From: the human T2T-CHM13v2.0 reference genome, Homo sapiens | Assembly (NCBI RefSeq): GCF_009914755.1 | Contig: NC_060938.1 | Strand: one strand, 5' to 3' | Length of the DNA: 64,000 bases | Shown here: positions 53,993-64,000 of the stretch, in pieces | Layout of the letters: every line of letters starts with the position of its first letter | How positions within the stretch are numbered: position 1 is the stretch's first letter | Translations under genes and position numbers: made by a program | Notes under the pieces: model-generated | Told to the model about the DNA's origin: nothing | The model's database searches: none | The model's input: only the letters and a program-made list of their open reading frames with translations

Positions 53993-54146
53993 CTGGATGC
54001 TAGTGATTCCAGTTCTAGCAGCAATCTTTCACTTGCTAAGGTTAGGCCGAGCAGTGATCTCAACAACAGTACTGGCCAGTCTCCTCACCACAAAGTGCAG
54101 AGAAGTGTTTCTTCAAGCCAAAAGCAAAGACGCTACAGTGACCATG
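53993..54146 (+). CDS. MARK3: MARK3 coding exon 12 (154 nt, [21 protein letters not shown]...QRRYSDH; spacer region)
   Basis: ttctcttag|CTGGAT...ACCATG|gtaagt. Internal alternative acceptor at 54040/54041. Confidence 0.96.
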
Positions 54147-54203
54147 GTAAGTTTTGGAGTATCCCAGTGCCTTCTCTTAGAGTCCAGGCAAGAGGTCTCC
54201 TAG

Positions 54204-54410
<207 letters not shown>

Positions 54411-54983
54411 TGAATAGCTGGGACTACAGGTGTGTACCACCATGCCTGGCTAAGTTTTGTATTTTTAGTAGAGACGGGGTTTCACCACATTTGGCCAGGC
54501 TGGTCTTCAGCTCCTGGCCTTAAGTGATCCACCTGCCTTGGCCTCCCAGAGCGCTGGAATTACAGGCATGAGCCACCGTGCCTGGCCAGCATTTTTTCTT
54601 AGTGTTCCTGCAGGTGCTGCCATGATTACATATTACTTCAAGGCTCTTATCTTCTTTATACATGCAGTAGATTTTTGCTGGATAAAGCTTAGTTGAGTGG
54701 AAACCTTACCATTTGCCCTTCTAGAACCTCTGCTTTAATCTGTAGTTTTCCTTTTTTTTTTTTTTTTTTAAATGGAGATGGGGGTCTCGCTATGTTGCCC
54801 AAGCTGGTCTCAAACTCCCAAGTTCAAACTATTCTCTCACCACAGCCTTCTAAAGTGCTAGGATTACAGACGTGAGCCACCATGCCCAGCGCTAGAACTG
54901 GGCGCTGTACCGAACTGAATAGAACTGCTAGTCTGTAGTTCTATTCACTCTCTTCACCTCTGCATTGGATTTACTTTGTAGAG

Positions 54984-56106
<1,123 letters not shown>

Positions 56107-56416
56107 GAGAATATATGGAACCTCAGTTTTGCCTTAATTGGTTTAAATGTTGTACTGTGTCATTCTCATCCATACTCTTGCTGTTAGTGTGGTTAAGCCA
56201 CTCTCCCTTTTAAACTTCACCTAGAAGCCAGTCCTTTATGAGACATAAGACTCCCAGTGGGTAGGCTTACCAGGCTCTACAGTTGCTCTGCCTTCAAGGC
56301 AGCCTGTGTGTCAGAGTCCTGAGGCTAGCGTGTGTGTTTACTTGCCCATAACTATAAATGTTAACATTGCAGATATTTCCTTTAATTCTACTATTCCAGG
56401 ATTCAGGAACTAAATC

Positions 56417-56457
<41 letters not shown>

Positions 56458-56458
56458 A

Positions 56459-56677
<219 letters not shown>

Positions 56678-58526
56678 TGATCCATCCACCTCAGCCTCCC
56701 AAAGTGCTCGGATTACAGGCATGAGTCACTGCGCTCGGCCTCATTTTATTTCTCTTCTCTGGACATTTTCCATCTTAATACTTTCATCTTGAGATTTGAC
56801 ACTTAGGACTGCACAGGGCATTTTAGGTGTGGACAGCTTTGATTTTGTACTAAAAATGATTACACTTGGCTTGATTTCCATTTCTCTTCCTTCTGTTGCT
56901 TGCCTTTCTACATGGTTTAGACTGAAGCAACAGTGTACTAATATCACTAGTAAACCATCTACAGTGCCTGCTATTCTAGGGTGTAACTGAGAGCTCAGAA
57001 CTCATTCTCACATCAGGATTTGTGCTCCTAGCATTTGTAGGTGACGTGTTGATCTAGGTCTGCCTTTTTTGTGTTCATGTTAGTCACTAACAAGGGGGGT
57101 TTCTAGTGCTTATGGACCACATGGCAATTAAATGCCCATATATTGCCCTGAAACCATCTGGTTTAACTTGTCCCTCAATCCTAGAAGAAACCTGACAATG
57201 GGATTTTCACATTTCTCTAAGGAATATGTTAGTAAGTTATTCCTTAAGCACATAGATTCCATCCAGATTATTAGTGCCTTTTTCCCCCCAGCTCAATTTT
57301 AGAGATAAAAAGAGCTTTAGACATGGTATTGTACACTCACCAAACCTCTGTTTTATCCCTAAATAGACCAAGAGAGATTACCAAGTCTCCCAAGGTTACA
57401 TAGTAAATGAGAAACACCTGGGGCAGAGCTCAGGCCTGCTGGTCCAAGCCCTGTGTTTTTTCTCCACTGAAGCACCTCATTGGAGTAGCTTTTTCATAAT
57501 CCTCATCTTTCTTGGAATTTCTGAAGGCAGGCAAGCCTGTATAGCCGGGCTAACTTTCACCTCATCCTCCTGCCTCGTCTCACCTCTCCCTTCCCTTTTC
57601 CTTGCCTGTGGATGCTGACCTCTGCATGGGTGCCTTCTTCTCTAAAGCTACGATGTAATCTGTAGCTGTCCTTCCTCGTTTGAGACCCACATGTGAACAC
57701 CCCATATGTGTGCACTTTTTCTGCGAATGGTGATCATCTGATTTTCAAGGGGTTCTTTAGCTTGTTTTTTAAAAAATGAAAAAAAAAATCACTGTTTACT
57801 AATCGAGTGGTATTGGGGCAATTTGGTAGTTCTCAGAAAAAAAATTAATTTGGATCAATTTCTCACATCTTATACAAGGATGAATTCTAATTGGAGTTAA
57901 GATACAAATATAGGGCTGGGCGCAGTGGCTCATGCCTGTAATCCCAGCACTTTGGGAGTCCGAGGCAGGTGGATCACGAGGTCAGGAGATCGAGACCATC
58001 CTGGCTAACATGGTGAAACCCTGTCTCTACTAAAAAATAGAAAAAATTAGCCAGGCGTGGTGGTGGGCACCTATAGTCCCAGCTACTCAGGAGGCTGAGG
58101 CAGGAGAATGGATGAACCCGGGAGGCGGAGCTTGCAGTGAGCCGAGATCGAGCCACTGCACTCCAGCCTGGGCGACAGAGCGAGACTCCGTCTCAAAAAA
58201 AAAAAAAAAAAAAGATGTAAATAAAACTCCAGAAATATTGAAAGAAACCTTGGGATTATTTGCTTTGTAACTTGGACTGGTGAAGGTGTTTCTGTCACCC
58301 CAAACACCAAACACATGAAATAAAAGACTTACAAATTTGATTACATAAAAATGAAATTTCTGGCCGGTCGCATAATCCCAGCACTTTGGGAGGCCGAGGT
58401 GGGCGGATCACGAGGTCAGGAGATCGAGAACATCCTGGCTAACACGGTGAAACCCTGTGTCTACTAAAAATACAAAAACAAAATCAGCTGAGCTTGGTGT
58501 CAAGTGCCTGTAGTCCTAGCTGCTCA

Positions 58527-58631
<105 letters not shown>

Positions 58632-58659
58632 TCAAAAAAAAAAAAAAAAAAATGAAATT

Positions 58660-59375
<716 letters not shown>

Positions 59376-59962
59376 GTTTCTCTTCAGAATCTCAAATCTT
59401 AAAAGGTTTTGTATTTTCTAAACACAAATAAAAGCTGGAAAGCCAATCAGTAGTAATCTGAAAGTTCACAATGTCAGTAGACGTCTCATGGTATTGGGAA
59501 GAAAGATAAGCATTGAGGCTAATATCACCCTATGCTTGATTAAGTTTTTGTTTTATATGTTAAAATCACTAAACCGAAAGCTTAGTTGTTGTTCTCCCAC
59601 AAATAAAATTAAGCCCTCATTTACTTTTAATTCAGTTCCAAATAGGTTTGCCATTTAGATTTTTGTCCAAGAACTAACTCCTCCCCACTCCCGGTTTTTG
59701 TTTGTTTGTTTTTTAAATTTATTTATTGAGACAGGTTCTCACTCTGTCACCCAAGCCACATGTAGCCTCAAACTCTTGAGCTGAAGCCATCCTCCCACCT
59801 CAGTCTCCCAAAGTGTTGGAATTACAAGCATGAACTACCACACACCTCCCACCTTTAATATATCTAAAATATAAATTCTCTTCTGCCTTAGAAAAAACAG
59901 GCTGGGCGCAGTAGCTCATGCCTGTAATCACAGCACTTTGGGAGGCCAAGGTGGGTGGATCA

Positions 59963-60238
<276 letters not shown>

Positions 60239-60976
60239 TTATCATATCTGAGGCATATACTAGTTATCATGTTCATTTCCAAGATTCTTTGCCCTCTGAA
60301 TCTCCTGTGCTGCTATTGGAGTCTCTATATGGTTTACTACAGGACATTAGTCTGTCATCCACATGTCCCTAGGCACATGTCCCTGGACACACTCCTCCTG
60401 GAGTGGCAGGAATGACTAGTGACCTCCACCGACTTCCTCCCTGTCGCTTGCATGATTCCTCTGCTTCTACACCTTCCCCTGTCTACTCAAACTCCGGTTT
60501 ATCTAGAAGATTATGAGTGCTTTTAAAAAGATCCAAGATAAAACTTCAAAAGAAGTGACCCATAAAATCTATACTTTTCTCTTCCAAAAGGTGATGGCAT
60601 CTCTCCTACAAAAGAGGATGTAATTCACTCAGATGTACAAGATGAACTGGTTCATTCTGCTTGTTACGTATGCATCTAATTAGTTTGAATCTATGCAGTA
60701 CCACCACCTTAAGATGTTTCCAAAGGACAACTCTAAACTCTTACTATTAAAAAAAAAATGTTTTAAGTAGAAAGGAGTATTAAGTGAAATTTCAATATTG
60801 AATTCATTGCATAAGGCAAACATTAGATATAAGTGGGAAACATCTTAGAGGATTTTACTGTTTTACATTTTTTAGGTGAATAGCAACCTTAGATCATCTT
60901 ACAAAATATGGTTACTGTCACAAAATAAAACTTGAAACTATATTCAGTCATTTAAAAAATGAACTCTTTATTTTAG

Positions 60977-61194
60977 CTGGACCAGCTATTCCTTCTGTTG
61001 TGGCGTATCCGAAAAGGAGTCAGACCAGCACTGCAGATAGTGACCTCAAAGAAGATGGAATTTCCTCCCGGAAATCAAGTGGCAGTGCTGTTGGAGGAAA
61101 GGGAATTGCTCCAGCCAGTCCCATGCTTGGGAATGCAAGTAATCCTAATAAGGCGGATATTCCTGAACGCAAGAAAAGCTCCACTGTCCCTAGT
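60977..61194 (+). CDS. MARK3: MARK3 coding exon 13 (218 nt, [16 protein letters not shown]...KKSSTVPS; spacer region)
   Basis: ctttattttag|CTGGAC...CCTAGT|gtaagt. Matches ORF 61000..61215. Phase 1/0. Confidence 0.96.
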
Positions 61195-61375
61195 GTAAGT
61201 GTTGTTGAACTATAGAGTGGTCTTAGGGTGGTAGGGTTGGAACCAGCTAGACACCAGGTGTTCATTTTACTCCTGTGGTCTCTCGTACTGGAATGCCCTC
61301 TCTACTAGGCAGCCATGCCCAATCTTAACTTACAGAAATCCTACCTGCTGCATTGTAGGTATTTATTGTTGACAC

Positions 61376-62073
61376 TCTCTTAGTTCATTCTTGCTGCTGT
61401 AACAAAATACCTGAGACTGGCTAATTTATAAAGAAAAGACATTTATTTCTTACAATTCTGGAGGCTGAGAAGTCCAAGATGAAGGCACCAACAAGTTCCG
61501 TGTCTGGCAAGGGCCCTGTTCTCTGCTTCCAACATGATGCCTTGGTGCTGGCATCCTCCAGAGGAGACAAATGCTGTGTTGTCATGTGGCTGAAGGGACA
61601 GAAGGGGTGAACTCACCCCCTCAAGCCCTTCTATAAAACACTAATCTGGCCGGGTGCGGTGGCTCACGCCTGTAATCTCAGCACTTTGGGAGGCCGAGGT
61701 GGGTAGATCACGAGGTCAGGAGTTCAAGACCAGCCTGGCCAAGATGGTGAAACGCCATCTCTACTAAAAATACAAAAATTAGCTGGGCGTGGTGGCAGGC
61801 ACCTGTAATCCCAGCTGCTCAGGAGGCTGAGGTAGAGAATTGCTTGAACTCAGGAGGCAGAGGTTACAGTGAGCCGAGATCGCATCACTGCACTCTAGCC
61901 TGGCGACAGAGCGAGACTCCTTCTCAAAAAAAAAAAAAAAGATACTAATCCCTTCATGAAGGCGGAGCCCTCGTGGCCTAAACACCTAAAAGACTCATCT
62001 CCAAATACTGTTTTCTCCTATGGGAGATAAAGCTTAAACATGAGTTTTGGAGGGGACACATTCAGAGCATAGC
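61376..62073 (-). mobile_element. MST-type MaLR LTR interrupted by an Alu (61648-61940)
   Basis: tcttagttcattcttgctgctgtaacaaaatacctgagactgg...catgagttttggaggggacacattcagagcatagca. Alu TSD actaatc. Confidence 0.75.
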
Positions 62074-64000
62074 ACACCCACCATAGACACTAGATGGTGA
62101 TAGGTCCTTTATTTCAAGGCCTGGTTCCAGTTATTTCGGACACCTGCTGAGCCTTAGGTTGTCAGGTGCTGAGACATGGAAAGACCTCACAGTCTAACAG
62201 GAAGTGAATGAAAACAGTGACAGTGCAGACGGAAGCCTACGTGCACACACGGGGAGGTCTGACTGCCAGTGCCCCAAAGATGTGGTGTTCACACTGAGTC
62301 TTCAAAGAGCTCTAATGATGAAGAGTGTTGGCTGAGTTCTTACCATGTGCCAAGGACCATGCTCAGTGCTTTTTCATGGATTAGCTACATTTTAAGGTGA
62401 AAAAAAAGTTGGGTAATTGCCTAAAATTACACTGCCAACCTGAATCCAGCTCTTAATCCCTATCTGTAACAAAATCTCCCCAGTAAGTAGATAATATTTA
62501 CTAAATTAAATTGAATCCATTCAGCTTCAGAAACTTTTTTCTGTGTATTGAAGTATGTTCTATCTAACCTAACATATTAAAGAATTTGCAGAGAAGTAAA
62601 CAATCTTAAGATTATTCTGTAAGCACGTTTTTCCCTGCAAAATTAACAATGATGCAGCCCTGCCTCCAACTCCAGAAAAACCCTGGACTGAGGAGGCTGT
62701 GGAGAAACCCTGTTGCTCTCTGAAAGCCCTTCATTGTTCCATTCTGGGGACTGGGTGCATGAAGGACCCCAAGGGTCTTTGCATGTTTCATCCTCTGACC
62801 TTATGCTTAGTCGAAGTAAACCCTGTGTGAAAAGTTTATTTTGGCCTCCAAATGCCATACAGTAGGATTATTGTTTCCATACTCCTGCAGTTAAAATTCC
62901 GTCTCCAACGTTTGTTGACAGTTACCAGAGAAGATGAGGGCATTATTCCCTGCCTTCATGACTTCTCTTCCCCTTTGCTCTTGTCTACACACGCTGCCCT
63001 TCTGAAAGTGAATCATGAGTATTTTCAGTCCACCCATACTAAATTACTTACAAAGGAAAAAAGGTAGTTAGCAACATTATTATTTTCTCCCATGAGTCTT
63101 TGGGATTTCTCTGTAGATGGTCTGCTCAAGCTGTAGTAAAAGTGACTGCTCTATCTTTGTTTAAAAATTATCTGATAAAATTCCATAGCTATGGCCAGGC
63201 ACGGTGGCTCACACCCGTAATCCCTGCACTGTGGGAGGCCAAAGTGGGCGGATCACTTGAGGTCAGGAGTTCAAGAACAGCCTGGCCAACATGGTGAAAT
63301 CCCATCTCTACTAAAAATACAAAAATTAGCCGGGTATAGTGGCGTGCTCCTGTAATCCTAGCTATTCGGGAGGCTGAGGCAGGAGAATTGCTTTAACCGA
63401 GAAGATGGAGGTTGCAGTGAGCTGAGATTGTGTCATTGCACTCCAGCCTGGGTAACAGAGCGAGACTCCATCTCAAAAAATAAAAAAAAAAGTCCATAGC
63501 TGTGACTTGTTCCTTGCTTTTTAGTTTTTTGTTTTGGAAGTTAAATTCATGTGAATCCACATGACAATGATTAACCATTTTAAAGTGGGCAATGCGGTGG
63601 CATTTGGTACACTCACAGTATTGTGCAGCCAACACCTGTCTCTTTAGTTTCAGAACTTTTTCAGCTCCCCAGAAGGAGCATCTGTTTAGGCTGGGCACAG
63701 TGGCTAACCCCTATAATCTCAGCGCTTTGGGAGGCTGAGGTGGGAGGATCACTTGAGCCCAAGAGTCTGAGATCAGCCTGGGCATCAGAGTGAGACCTCA
63801 TCTCTACAAAAAAAATTAAAAAGAAAATAGCTGAGCGTGATGATGCACACCTGTAGTACCAGCTACTTGAGAGCTTGAGAGGCTCAGGTGGGAAGATCAT
63901 TTCAGCCCAAGAGGTTGAGGCTGCAGTGAGTCATGGTCACATCACCATATTCCAGCCTGGGCAACAGAGCAAGACCCTGTCCTTAAAAAAAAAAAAAAAA

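Overview
This is a 64-kb, Alu-dense stretch of primate (almost certainly human) genomic DNA lying inside the MARK3 gene (MAP/microtubule affinity-regulating kinase 3, C-TAK1/PAR-1 family) on the + strand. Eleven consecutive coding exons (3-13, residues ~V82-S494) have GT-AG boundaries and join in frame. They encode most of the kinase domain (VAIK, HRDLK, DFG, T211 activation loop, APE), the UBA domain and the start of the spacer. The promoter, exons 1-2 and the KA1-encoding 3' exons lie outside the window. Intron 6 holds an in-frame 69-nt cassette exon, and exon 12 has an internal alternative acceptor. The introns carry roughly 60-65 Alu copies or fragments, plus L1, L2, MIR, MaLR, ERV1, hAT-Charlie and Tigger relics. 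Nearly all ORFs in the supplied track are Alu or other non-coding artefacts. I see no new multi-gene system. The most interesting observations are: (i) an L1-retrotransposed, polyadenylated, U5-less MER41B with both STAT1 GAS motifs intact just upstream of exon 3; (ii) a templated inverted duplication inside a MER82; (iii) an Alu-Alu micro-inversion revealed by swapped TSDs; (iv) 7SL and BC200 retrocopies; (v) several candidate cassette, poison or terminal exons and in-frame circRNA units. Repeat family names and MARK3 residue numbers come from recalled consensus and reference sequences, not from a database search.
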